This document shows, piece after piece, positions 26,121 through 38,389 of a stretch of DNA of 64,000 bases. The DNA is from Macrostomum hystrix (Eukaryota; Animalia; Platyhelminthes): contig CATNEN010000038.1 in assembly GCA_950097015.1 (NCBI GenBank), positions 15,252,001 to 15,316,000 on the forward strand, in the 5' to 3' direction. The notes below the pieces were generated by a model, which did no database searches, was not told the origin of the DNA, and worked only from the letters and a program-made list of their open reading frames with translations. Each line of letters opens with the position of its first letter. The first letter of the stretch is position 1. The position numbers were made by a program, and so were the translations under genes.

Positions 26121-26315
26121 TAACGCGTTGGCCTCTCGATTCCGAGTCGAGGCCACGGCTTAGGGGCTTGTGACGCAATTTACGCACCGGCACGAACCCC
26201 AAAGGTACTCACAAGGTACATAGAAAGTGTACACGGCCTGACAATGAAAAAGTCAGGGCACATGTACACACCTGCGCGTGTTCTCGGAAGCCCGTGGCTC
26301 ACAAGTCCTCCAGCA
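26121..26315 (+). mobile_element. Diverged SINE A copy
   Basis: GGCTTAGGGGCTTGT..GCAATTTACG and GTGTACAC..CCTGAC..AAAGTCAGGGCA..TGTACAC are retained. Confidence 0.75.
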
Positions 26316-27109
26316 AATATCACACATTTAGATGAAATATACATTTAGGTCAATAATAAATGCGTAACTACATGAACCACTGATTAATTGGTGTTTACCT
26401 AATCAATACATAATTACCTGACCTACATGTACACTTAAAGAAGACTTGCAATGCGCATTTATAAAACCATGGCAAACCTAGCAACTCCACAAGTGTCATC
26501 GTATTCCTTTTTCGAAACTACGGCAGACTTACATTATCGTAAAAACGAGTTAACAAATTAGCAAGTTTAAACACAGGCCATGTGATTATCAGTCTGGCTA
26601 CTGTAAGAATGCATTCAGATAGTTGGCAATTAAGTGGCACTCTCGCTTTTGTTCTGCGTTCTGCCCCTGACAGACGCAAGAGGACCTGGGTGATGAATTC
26701 CGAAGATAGTCTACTCCACACTATCATTAATTTCACTGGCACACTTAGACCAGTGCTCAGGAGAGTGCTCATACCGACCGCATCGCTTGAGAAATGAACA
26801 ACTTAATACGAGTATAAAGAATGAACACGCGAAATAGCTAATTTTCGTTTGTAATTCTACAAATTATCAACGAGAAAATTACTGCTTACAATTTTCTAAT
26901 TATTCTAATAGGGACGCAAAAACTACATTTGCAGCTCAATTGATTAAATTTAATCAAACTGTGTAAGGAAATTCAGTAATTTATTGCACCCTTCAATTAC
27001 AAAAACGCATCACGCGCTGATGATGCTACTGACAGCGTCTGCTCTGCACATTTTACACGTTTTTAGGCTAAAAAAACAGAACAATAGTATATAATGGAAA
27101 TAAAATAGT

Positions 27110-29900
27110 TCTGGGGATTAGCTGCAGAAGAACTGAAGGATCTGGGGATGAGCAGAACTAAAGGATCTGGGGATCAGCTGCAGCAGAACTGAAGGATCTG
27201 AGGATCAGCTGCAGCAGAACTAAAGGATCTGGGGATCAGCTGCAGCAGAACTGAAGGATCTGAGGATCAGCTGCAGCAGAACTGAAGGATCTGGGGTTCA
27301 GCTGCAGAAGAACTGAAGGATCTGAGGATCAGCCGCAGAAGAACTGAAGGATCTGAGGATCAGCTGCAGCAGAACTGAAGGATCTGGGGATCAGCTGCAG
27401 AAGAACTGAAGGATCTGGGGATCAGCTTCAGAAGAACTGAAGGATCTGGGGATCAGCTGCAGTAGAACTGATGGATCTGGGGATCAGCCGCAGCAGAACT
27501 GAAGGATCTGGGGATCAGCTGCAGAAGAACTGAAGGATCTGGGGATCAGCTTCAGAAGAACTGAAGGATCTGGGGTTCAGCTGCAGAAGAACTGAAGGAT
27601 CTGAGGATCAGCCGCAGCAGAACTGAAGGATCTGGGGATCAGCTGCAGAAGAACTGAAGGATCTGGGGATCAGCTTCAGAAGAACTGAAGGATCTGGGGT
27701 TCAGCTGCAGAAGAACTGAAGGATCTGAGGATCAGCCGCAGAAGAACTGAAGGATCTGGGGATCAGCTGCAGAAGAACTGAAGGATCTGGGGATCAGCTG
27801 CAGCAGAACTGAAGGATCTGGGGATCAGCTGCAGAAGAACTGAAGGATCTGGGGATCAGCTTCAGAAGAACTGAAGGATCTGGGGATCAGCTGCAGAAGA
27901 ACTGAAGGATCTGGGGATCAGCTGCAGCAGAATTGAAGGATCTGGGGATCAGCTTCAGAAGAACTGAAGGATCTGGGGATCAGCTGCAGAAGAACTGAAG
28001 GATCTGGGGATCAGCTGCAGAAGAACTGAAGGATCTGGGGATCAGCTTCAGAAGAACTGAAGGATCTGGGGATCAGCTGCAGAAGAACTGAAGGATCTGG
28101 GGATCAGCTTCAGAAGAACTGAAGGATCTGGGGATCAGCTGCAGAAGAACTGAAGGATCTGGGGATCAGCTGCAGTAGAACTGATGGATCTGGGGAGGGA
28201 TCAGCTGCAGAAGAACTGAAGGATCTGGGGATCAGCAGAACTGATGGATCTGGGGAGGGATCAGCTGCAGAAGAACTGATGGATCTGAGGATCAGCTGCA
28301 GCAGAACTGAAGGATCTGGGGATCAGCTGCAGAAGAACTGAAGGATCTGGGGATCAGCTTCAGAAGAACTGAAGGATCTGGGGATCAGCTGCAGAAGAAC
28401 TGAAGGATCTGGGGATCAGCTGCAGAAGAACTGAAGGATCTGGGGATCAGCTTCAGAAGAACTGAAGGATCTGGGGATCAGCTGCAGAAGAACTGAAGGA
28501 TCTGGGGATCAGCAGAACTGAAGGATCTGGGGATCAGCTGCAGAAGAACTGAAGGATCTGAGGATCAGCTGCAGAAGAACTGAAGGATCTGGGGATCAGC
28601 TGCAGAAGAACTGAAGGATCTGGGGATCAGTAGAACTGATGGATCTGGGGAGGGATCAGCCGCAGAAGAGCTGAAGGATCTGGGGATCAGCTGCAGAAGA
28701 GCTGAAGGATCTGGGGATCAGCTGCAGAAGAACTGAAGGATCTGGGGATCAGCTGCAGAAGAGCTGAAGGATCTGGGGATTAGTAGAACTGATGGATCTG
28801 GGGAGGGATCAGCTGCAGAAGAACTGAAGGATCTGGGGATCAGCTGCAGAAGAACTGAAGGATCTGGGGATTAGTAGAACTGATGGATCTGGGGATCAGC
28901 TGCAGAAGAACTGAAGGATCTGGGGATCAGCTGCAGAAGAGCTGAAGGATCTGGGGATTAGTAGAACTGATGGATCTGGGGAGGGATCAGCTGCAGAAGA
29001 ACTGAAGGATCTGGGGATCAGCTGCAGAAGAACTGAAGGATCTGGGGATTAGTAGAACTGATGGATCTGGGGATCAGCTGCAGAAGAACTGAAGGATCTG
29101 GGGATCAGCTGCAGAAGAGCTGAAGGATCTGGGGATTAGTAGAACTGATGGATCTGGGGAGGGATCAGCTGCAGAAGAACTGAAGGATCTGGGAATCAGC
29201 TGCAGAAGAACTGGAGGATCTGGGGATCAGCTGCAGAAGAACTGAAGGATCTGGGGATCAGCTGCAGAAGAACTGAAGGATCTGGGGATAAGCAGAACTG
29301 ATGGATCTGGGGATCAGCTGCAGAAGAACTGAAGGATCTGAGGATCAGCTGCAGAAGAACTGAAGGATCTGGGGATCAGCCGCAGCAGAATTGAAGGATC
29401 TGAGGATCAGCTGCAGCAGAATTGAAGGATCTGGGCATCAGCTGCAGAAGAATTGAAGGATCTGAGGATCAGCTGCAGCAGAATTGAAGGATCTGGGCAT
29501 CAGCTGCAGCAGAATTGAAGGATCTGAGGATCAGCTGCAGAAGAATTGAAGGATCTGAGGATCAGCTGCAGCAGAATTGAAGGATCTGGGGATCAGCTGC
29601 AGCAGAATTGAAGGATCTGAGGATCAGCTGCAGCAGAATTGAAGGATCTGGGCATCAGCTGCAGAAGAATTGAAGGATCTGAGGATCAGCTGCAGCAGAA
29701 TTGAAGGATCTGGGCATCAGCTGCAGAAGAATTGAAGGATCTGGGGATCAGCTGCAGCAGAATTGAAGGATCTGAGGATCAGCTGCAGAAGAACTGAAGG
29801 ATCTGAGGATCAGCTGCAGAAGAACTGAAGGATCTGAGGATCAGCTGCAGAAGAATTGAAGGATCTGGGGATCTGAGGATCAGCTGCAGCAGAGCTGAAC
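27110..29900. repeat. 31-bp satellite (ATCAGCTGCAGAAGAACTGAAGGATCTGGGG), ~2.8 kb
   Basis: Direct periodicity with zoned variants. Confidence 0.97.
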
Positions 29901-30619
29901 AAAAAATCTAAAATAAAAGCAGATTTTAATCTCGCAAAACAATCTATTAAGCTGTTTGCATCTCACATTATATTTTGTACTATTAGGCGCAGAGCAATAT
30001 TAAAGCCACGCAAGAGAAAATATTTCACCAGAAGAAATGTCAACTTAATGTTGCAAATATTTGTACGGAAAATGTTTTCTTTTACGAAATTACAAACATA
30101 ATTTTTGAATAGTAAAATACTGAACTCTAACCGATAAACTATCAAAACATAAGCATAACAAGTTTTTCTTAAACATACGGGAAAACATGCCAGCGGCACA
30201 GAAATGCGGAACAATAACAGTTAACAGTTCGAGTGACAATAGTTAACAGTGAAACAGGCAAAAATAGATATTACCAGTATTAAAAAATGACTAATTGTAA
30301 TGAATTTCAAAGATTAGTACACATTTAGAGTTTCTCATTAGAAAGATAGAATCGAAGCATGATAGCAGCCTACATGTATCTCCCTATTTTGAAATGCAGA
30401 GTAATATTAATGACTATAAAACCAGCTATTGCGCGGCTCTGGGGACTGGGGTCATCACAGCCACCCTACATTATCCAGAATACTGGGCGAACAGAATGCA
30501 GATTAAAGTGTGACGCTAAATGACGCTAATTGTTTCCGTAAAGTCTAGAATCGAACCCCCGACCTTCAATTCGTTATTCTGACGCTCTAGAAAGAAACCC
30601 TACCAATATGTCCCCATGC

Positions 30620-33554
30620 TTAGTCCAGCAGTCTAACACAGCAGATGGCATCCTCTGGTCGCATTTCCAGCACGGCCACGCATCCGTCATTAAATGTGAA
30701 CGCGTAGTCGCCGTCAATGACCAGTTTGGCGTCCCACATGCGTGACCGGACCCGAATCCAATCGGTCATGCCGCGGCACTGATCGGCGGCGAATACGGAA
30801 TTAACTACTGGATCGCGTACCGCCCAGGCCATGCGCATCAGCTCCGGATCGTAGGTTAGGGCGGAGTTGTAGCTGCGGGCTATGCTGGCAATGTCAGCCG
30901 GGGAGTAACGCCTGGATGGACTGCCAGAGCCAGTCAGCTGATTGGCGTAGTGCAGTATCTCCTCCACCTGACTCTCGGCTGAGCACACCGGAGCACAAAC
31001 AATGGGAGGGAGACTGTTGAAATGGCGCTGCCTGCCAGTAGAGAGCGCCTACAGACTATTTCAAGAACATACTCACACAGGTGATTGATGTGAAAGTACC
31101 AGGACGTGGATCCTGTGCCGGTGCACACGGTAACGCCCGACGACTTCTGCTTGCGCATCCGGCCCTCCCTGTCTAAACCGATCTCGTAATAAGACACCCT
31201 GGCTGACAGCGACTCGCCTATGAACACTTCGTTCAGTGCAAACACTGGCAACGGTGTCAGCTCCTGCTCCTGCCAGTGCAGCTTCGGCTGACGCTTGAGC
31301 CAGGCCTCTTCAAGCTCTTTGTAGTGCTCAGAGTAGCGATACTCGGGATATTTCAGGTGCATGGACTGCAGTCGGTTAGCCGTCGCGGTGGAGGCTTCAT
31401 CTGATGCACCGGGACCAGCCTGACAGGGAAACCCGGTGGATAAGGAGACGCGAATGCGTTGACGCCACAGCCAGCGAAATCTGTGCGTCAGATGGGGACA
31501 ATAAAAAATAAGAATAATCACTACAGGAGGGCTGCTAGGAACCGATTCTAGCCTAGTTCAACCATGCGTATAGATTCTGATGAGAATCATTGGATTTCAA
31601 TTAATTTAGCTATTAAACACGAACACCTGATCCGATTTAATGACAGCTCACCTGCCAGCCAGCAGGGCGTCGAAAGCGTCAGGCGCTGACCTGCTAGACG
31701 GCATGCACAGGTGGCCCTCAGATTTTCCTGGATCAGTGTTAACGCCAATCAGCGGCTTCGTAGCTGATTTAATCCGACTGGCAGCCAGCAGGAAGGTGCC
31801 GTCGCCGCCAGCAGAAATGACAGCGTCCGCCCAGTCTATGGCAGCTAGGGTGTACATTGTGCGGGACACCACCTGGCACTCAACGCCACGCTGCCTGGTT
31901 AGCGGAAGGATGGGATCTGGATGAATATGCAGAATTCTATGGAGAAAACAACTTCTAGTCAGTAAACCATCTAATACCCTGGAATACATTCCATGCCATG
32001 CCAAAGCCCTGGATACCCATTCCAAAGTCCCGGAAACCCATTTCAAGACAGAAATCCATGAAGGCCCCGAAAACACATTACAAGCACTGAAAACACATTT
32101 CAAGCTTCAGAAACACATTACAAGCACTAAAAACACATTTCAAGCCACGACAACACATTCCAAACCCCCGAACACACATTCCAAGCCCCTAGTAACATTC
32201 CAAGCTTCGGAAACACATTCAAAGCCCATAAATAACATTGTAAGCTTCGGAAACACATTCCAAGCTCTAGTAACATTCCAAGCTTCGGAAAAACATTCCA
32301 AGCTTCGGAAACACATTCAAAGCCCATAAATAACATTGCAAGCTTCGGAAACACATTCCAAGCTCTAGTAACATTCCAAGCTTCGGAAACACATTCAAAG
32401 CCCATAAATAACATTGCAAGCTTCGGAAACACATTCCAAGCTCTAGTAACATTCCAAGCTTCGGAAACACATTCAAAGCCCATAAATAACATTGCAAGCT
32501 TCGGAAACACATTCCAAGCTCTCTAGTAACATTCCAAGCTTCGGAAATGTGAGAGCTCCGCTGCTTACTTTTCATTTAGTGCAATACTGTACGCCTGAGC
32601 ACGTTGTCAATTTATTACCTGCCTATCCTAGCCAGTATGTACATTAATACTGTTCAAATAATATATGTACGAGCATCAATGTACAAACATTGATGCCAAC
32701 GTGCTGATAAAATAATACGAGTATAAATGACCCGCGCTGCATGCGAGTGTGAGCGCGTACCTTTCTGACAATTAAATAGCTGATTCACTCAATTCTTCAC
32801 AGGAAACACTTTCGAAACCCATAAGTAACATTCCAAGCTTCGGAAACACATTCCAAGCTCTAGTAACATTCCAAGCTTTGGAAAGAAATCATTATGCTTT
32901 GAAACCCGAACCAGAATAGTTGTCCCACATTTTTACAATTTCAATTTTTTCACAATATTAACATCACTCAGCTACTAAATGCCTACTAAGCTACTAAATG
33001 AGGACCGAGCTTATAACTTAAAACTTTATTTGCTAAACTAGCAGCTATGAAAAAATGTTTCACATCCTACACCACAATAATTAGATTTAGTATCTAGAAA
33101 GTAAATCGATTGTTGAAGACTCGCAACTCACTGTAAATGAGCAACCAAAGAGTTGAGATTTCCGTGATGAATATTGTGGTGCAACAACAGATTATCATAG
33201 TCAGAGCCTTTGCGTTTTAACTGAAATAAAATGGATGGACAAGGTAAGCTAAAGCTATTAATGATGCCTATAGGCCATGACAGGATTGCGACTTACATAT
33301 TCTTTAAGCTTATCCTCAGATAGATGCGGATGCAGCGATCTCTCATACTCCAGCCTAGTAATTTTGGTTAGGAGCAAGACTCGGCTAGGCTGGAAGCCGG
33401 GCAGTTGTTGAGAGAAGCGCATGGCGGGCTGGCACCAGCCTCCAGCGGAAACAGATGTCCCAGATCCAGATGCTGTGGACAATTTTACTAAGCATGCGCG
33501 TTGCGTTGCTAGGCAACAGTCAACAGCACAGATGCGAACAATATTGCCAAGCAT
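30620..33554 (-). CDS. NADK2: NAD kinase 2, mitochondrial, 5 exons
   Basis: Exons 33554-33297, 33220-33132, 31894-31652, 31480-31077, 30978-30620, phases consistent. Motifs KITRLEYE, WADAVISAGGDGTFLLAAS, IGVNTDP..SEGHLC, ALNEVFIGE, QKSSGVTVCTGTGSTSW, VRSRMWDAKLVIDG; N-terminal extension resembles a transit peptide. Confidence 0.95.
32030..32547. repeat. ~20-bp subunits organised as a 78-bp repeat, NADK2 intron; detached copy at ~32805-32885
   Basis: AACACATTCCAAGCTTCGGA variants. Confidence 0.9.
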
Positions 33555-33998
33555 GCTTGTTTAGTTTGTGTATCAAACACTATTTAGTTTTGTCCTTTTT
33601 AGTCAGGCTAATAATTGATCAGAAACTTATTCATTGGATTCCAGATTTTATGGCATCACAATTGCTAAATAAACTTTCTGAAATCAAGTATAGTTGGTTA
33701 GACCTAGCACTTCAGTATAAGGCAAGAAAATATGCTAAAATACTTAAGTTGCCTATAAGTCTAACAGAAGGCCATATCTCTCAAAGTTGAAGTACTATAT
33801 GATGTCTGCATGTGTCAATTTTTCTGCTAATTCCTGGCTTTTCTAGCTCTGAATCTTAAACATAGCAAAGCAAACTAAAATATTTCTTGAGACAAACAAT
33901 TATACAAGTAATATAAAATTGTATTTCTATCATTTTAACAAATACTATTATATTTAAGTTTACCATATTTATCATATTTGTCTACTAACTTGTCTACT

Positions 33999-34117
33999 GT
34001 CTTAACTTATTTGCAGTCTTAACTTATTTGCAGTCTTAACTTATTTGCAGTCTTAACTTATTTGCAGTCTTAACTTATTTGCAGTCTTAACTTATTTGCA
34101 GTCTTAACTTATTTGCA
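33999..34117 (+). repeat. Perfect 17-bp tandem repeat x7 (GTCTTAACTTATTTGCA)
   Basis: Units start at 33999, 34016, 34033, 34050, 34067, 34084, 34101. Confidence 0.97.
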
Positions 34118-34198
34118 CTTCGGTGCAGAAAATGCCGCGACCTCCTCGTGGTCAAGACGGTGAGCCGCACTTCACTGCTGCGGCGGCCAACAGCGGCA
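34101..34198 (+). ncRNA. HDV-like self-cleaving ribozyme at the LINE 5' end
   Basis: P1 GTCTTA 34101-06/CAAGAC 34153-58; J1/2 hairpin TGCAC-TTCG-GTGCA; P2 TGCCGCG 34133-39/CAGCGGCA 34191-98; P3 ACC/GGT with L3 TCCTCGT; P1.1 CC 34144-45/GG 34159-60; P4 GCCGCA/TGCGGC; J4/2 GGCCAA. Confidence 0.85.
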
Positions 34199-34885
34199 GG
34201 ACAAAGCGGGGGCAGCGGAGCGCGCACCGGCGAGTTGAACACCGACGCGAGCGAAACCGGCGAGGCCGGCAACGTGGCGCCGCGCGCCGAGCTGCTGCCA
34301 TGCGAGTCTATCTGGGTCTTCCGGGTGGCGCCGGAGACCATGAGGCTCAACACTACCGAGCCCCAGGGCACACTCCGAGTCGGGACGCTGAACTGCCGCA
34401 CTCTCAAGGCCGCCTGGCGGAGAGGGTTGCTGGCGAAGCTAGCGCTCGACCTCAGCTGTGATGTCATCGAACTTCAGGAGGTGTCTATCAGAGCCGAGCC
34501 TGGACTTCACTGTGAGGACTTGGGCTCCGGTTGGACACTCTGGTACACCTCAGCGGATCAACGAGGCCGTGGAGGAGTTGGAGCACTGATCGGCCCGAGA
34601 CAGCAGCAGAGCTATCGCTGCTCTTCATTGTCCCCCCGCATGCTTCAGGTAGACGTCCGGCTTCGCGGCCGGAACGCTCGCCTGTTTTGCGTGTACGCGC
34701 CACCTGCCACCCGCCCAGATGAGGCTCAGGTCTTCTTCGAGCAGCTCTCTGCGCGCGTGGAGGAGACTGCGCAGCGCGACACGGTGGTCGTACTCGGAGA
34801 CCTAAGCGCAGTTCCGCGTAAGTCCGAGCGGTCGCTGTTTGTGACGCCCCGCGAAAACGGCAACACCCGCTGCCCAACATCCTGA
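34148..34885 (+). pseudogene. LINE apurinic-type endonuclease domain, truncated
   Basis: APE motifs end abruptly after PRENGNT and abut pre-RT sequence, implying a deletion near 34870. Confidence 0.85.
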
Positions 34886-34905
34886 CGCTGCCGCCAGAGA
34901 CGCCG

Positions 34906-36470
34906 TTGCCGTCAGAGGACAGTTTTAATGTTGCATCAGTCACCATGGCTGAAGTCGTGATGCTCGCCCAGAAGACGCCGGGCGGCAAGGCGCTGGTTCC
35001 GGACGAGGTGCCCATCGAGGCGCTGCGCATCCACTGTGTGGCCAGTGAGGTCGCCCGTGTGATGAACCGCGTGCTCTCCGGTGAGGTGGCACCCACAGAG
35101 TGGACCATGGCGCACATCATCGCCATTCCAAAGAAGCCGGGCACTACACGGCTAGACGAGCACCGAGGCATCTGCCTGCAATCCTGTGTTGCGAAGTTGT
35201 TCAACCGGATGCTGCTATCGCGGCCAACCGCGATATTGCTCCTAAGACAAAATTGTTCGCGGCCTGACCCGTCCAAGTGAACGGGATCCCTACCTGCGAC
35301 CTAAGCAGAACGGGTTTCGGCCCCACCGTGGCACAGTGACGCAGATCCTAGCTCTTCGCCCAACCATCGAGGAGGCGCGCAGTTGTTGTCTTCATTGACT
35401 TCATGAAGGCATTCGACTCGGTTGCGAGGGCTGCGCTCCCACATGTGCTCCGCGCGTACCATGTGCCAGAACAGCTAATCTCCGCCATCATGGCATTGTA
35501 CTGTGCTACGAGAGCAGCTGTGATGACGCCGGACGGCCTTTCGGACTCCTTCGAGACATCCTCCGGGGTGCTCCAGGGGGACACTCTAGCGCAATTCCTG
35601 TTCGTCCTGGTGCTTGACTGGGTGCTACGAACTGCTCTTCCTACCGACGAAGACAACTTCCTACTGCGGCGACGCGTGGGTCGACGTCAACCGGAGAAAC
35701 GGCTCAGCGTGCTTGGCTACGCCGATGACCTCGCCCTGCTGTCCTCTACCGTAGAGGGCGCTCAGCGCCAGCTGGACAAGCTGGTTAGCACTGCAGCGAG
35801 TGTCGGCCTGTTGGTCAACACGAAGAAGACCGTTGTGCTCTGCATGCCGGGCGACAACGAGGCCGCAATTTTCTGCCGAGGCGCTGACGGGCAGGTAAAG
35901 GAGCTTCCACGCTGTCAAGAGTTCGTCTACCTCGGCGGTCTGGTACCAGACGTCCGCGAAGATCTGCGGCGTCGCCGCCGGTACGCTTGGGCTGCCTTTC
36001 GTTCTGTGAGGGCGGTCCTGCAGTCCGAGGCCCTACCTGATCGCCAAAGGGCGGCGTTGTTCCAGGCGGTGGTCGAGACCGTCCTGTTGTACAACGCCGA
36101 GACCTGGACGCTGACGGATTCGCTCGAGCAGCAAGTCAATGCGGCGCACGCTGGCCTGCTACGCGCCGCCTTTAAGATCAGCGACGAGCGGATCACTAAC
36201 GCGGCACTTTATCGCCGCGCCGGCCTGACCCGTCCAAGTGAACGGCTGCGACTTCGGCGACTCCAGCTGGCAGGTCATATCATCCGCGCCGAGTCCTACT
36301 GCCCGCAGCCGGTGCAGGAGGTGCTGCTGCTAACCCTGCAGGCACCCTACCGGCGCGGCCAGGCCCGAACTCGGCGTTTCGTCGACTGCCTGCTGGCCGA
36401 TGCTGGCGCCCCGGACACTGCCGGCGGTGCGGCCTTTGTTCGCGCCCAGGCTCTGAAGTGTGCATTGTGA
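34906..36470 (+). pseudogene. LINE reverse transcriptase domain, disrupted
   Basis: ORF pieces 34906-35280 and 35403-36470 with QGD and YADD motifs; insertion and frameshifts at 35225-35400. Confidence 0.9.
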
Positions 36471-36924
36471 CGCTGCTTTTTTCCACCTGACAGCGTATAT
36501 TGTTGTTGTTTTTGTTTACTAAAAATTGAATACTTTCTATTTCAGTTGTAGCTACTTTACAGATAGCTTTGGTACTTGTTGGATTGTTTTTAGCTTTTAG
36601 CTAGGTCCTAAAGCTTTAAAAATTAGGGATACCACTGAAAAGCCTGAATTGCTTTAAACAATAATATACTTTCCAAGACTACAATGAGAAAGAATTAGAC
36701 AAGATAAACCAGATTTGGGCTATTCTGCAAAACTAACAGCCTAGCTCTTACATAAGAGGCAGAATTGTGGCAACCCACCAGGCTAACAAGCATCCCAGAG
36801 CATTATCAGTAGTAAGGGCAAGACAACTGCAAGAGGATCTGAATGTCAAGAAGGTCAATATTCTATTGGTTCCAACATCTATGCCAGACTACGGAGACTG
36901 AGAGGCCGCCGACCTTCCCGAGGT

Positions 36925-37625
36925 ATGGAGACACAGACGTGGAAAAATCGGCCAATTCAGCCTAAGCAAGCGGCATCCGCGGAGCCGAAGCCACGGCCGA
37001 TGGCACCTACGGATACTCCATCGTCAGCTCCATCGACGGTGCCGAAGTCGCAGCCGCAGCCGCTGATGTCGATCCCACAAGCAGCGCATCCGAAGGTGAC
37101 GCAGCAGCTGCAACAGCAATGCTCTCAGCCGCCGAGGATGCAGCAGCCGCAACAGCAATGCTCTCAGCCGCCAAGGATGCAGCAGCCGCAACAGCAATGC
37201 TCTCAGCCGCCAAGGATGCAGCAGCCGCAACAGCAATGCTCTCAGCCGCCAAGGATGCAGCAGCCGCAACAGCAATGCTCTCAACCGCCAAGGATGCAGC
37301 AGCCGCCACAGCAACAACAGCCGCCGATGGTGCAGCAACCGGAGCAGCATCAGCTGGAGGCTATAGAGCTAAGGTACACTGACGGGCCGATGGACATCAG
37401 CACCAGCCAGAATTGCACGGACAGCCGGATGAAGTGGATCCATTCAAGGCTGCCATGGATAGCCTCTCGCCGAGCCAACGTGACCATTATCGTCGGCATA
37501 TAATGCCAATGAAGCAATATCTGATGAACGTCGTGTATGCCTGACTGGACAGAGAGCTACCTAAATGCGAGATGGTGAAGTGGGCCCTAGACACATTGCT
37601 GGAATGCTACAATCATGAAAAGGTA
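36925..37625 (+). pseudogene. Gln/Pro-rich ORF of unknown function with 39-bp coding repeats, apparently decayed
   Basis: 192-aa ORF with QQPQQQCSQPPRM repeats; coding-like sequence continues in another frame (DEVDPFKAAMDSLSPSQRDHYRRHIMPMKQYLMNVVYA*LDRELPKCEMVKWALD) through a stop. Confidence 0.4.
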
Positions 37626-38345
37626 ATCATTGCTTTGTGTGGGCAAGTGGGTCAGCGGCTAGCGTTGCTGCCTCGCACTCCAATGGACGCTAGTTCGAAT
37701 CTCCCTTCAAGTCACAATTAATTTTGGGACCTGTTCGAGGGTTTGGACAGTAGCTACCGGAGGAGGTGCCAACCCATACCCATTCAATAATGTTTTATTT
37801 AATATTGAAATTAGGTGGCTGGGCAACTATTTATGTTGGCCCAGAAATGTACCTTTCCCACCTAGCATGAAATTTCAAGTTGTAGCCCTGCAACAACTAT
37901 CAATGTATGCTATTGCAATTGCTCAATCCGCATTATTACTTTGTGTATTCATTTTGTCATTTTTTGTGTCCTAATTGATTTCTGTCATTTTTTGCACTTT
38001 TCCTTTGTGTACTTTGTAACTTGTATATTTTTTGTCTGCAATTTTGTCACATTTTTTAATTCCAAAATAGCATTCAAGGGAAGCCAGGCAGGCCTAAGAA
38101 AATTCTACTGTATAATGCAAAGTTGAAATTATGCCAAATATCAATTATTATTTGTGATCTTTTTGTTGTTTAAATGCACTTGTAAACCACAGCCCAATTA
38201 CTATATATATAGTGAAATTTTTCTGTAAGAGACTCAACATGTTTTGTCCCAAGTATAAAGTGTTTAAGATAGGAAAGAAATAGAACTGAGGAGTAGTGGA
38301 TTAAGTGAAGTAAATTGAAATTGTTTCTTGAGTTGATTACTTAGT

Positions 38346-38348
<3 letters not shown>

Positions 38349-38386
<38 letters not shown>
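38349..38386. repeat. (TA)n microsatellite
   Basis: Direct. Confidence 0.95.

Positions 38387-38389
<3 letters not shown>

Larger units (their letters stand above)
33999..36520 (+). mobile_element. RTE-like non-LTR retrotransposon with both ends retained, internally deleted and frameshifted
   Basis: APE motifs LRVGTLNCRTL, DVIELQEV, VVVLGDLSA; RT motifs IPKKPG, AFDSV, GVLQGDTLA, LGYADDLAL, FVYLG, LLYNAETWTL; short 3' UTR with (TTG)n tail; candidate TSD TTGTCTACT (33990-33998) / TTGTTTACT (36512-36520). Clade assignment is from architecture, not a phylogeny. Confidence 0.9.
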
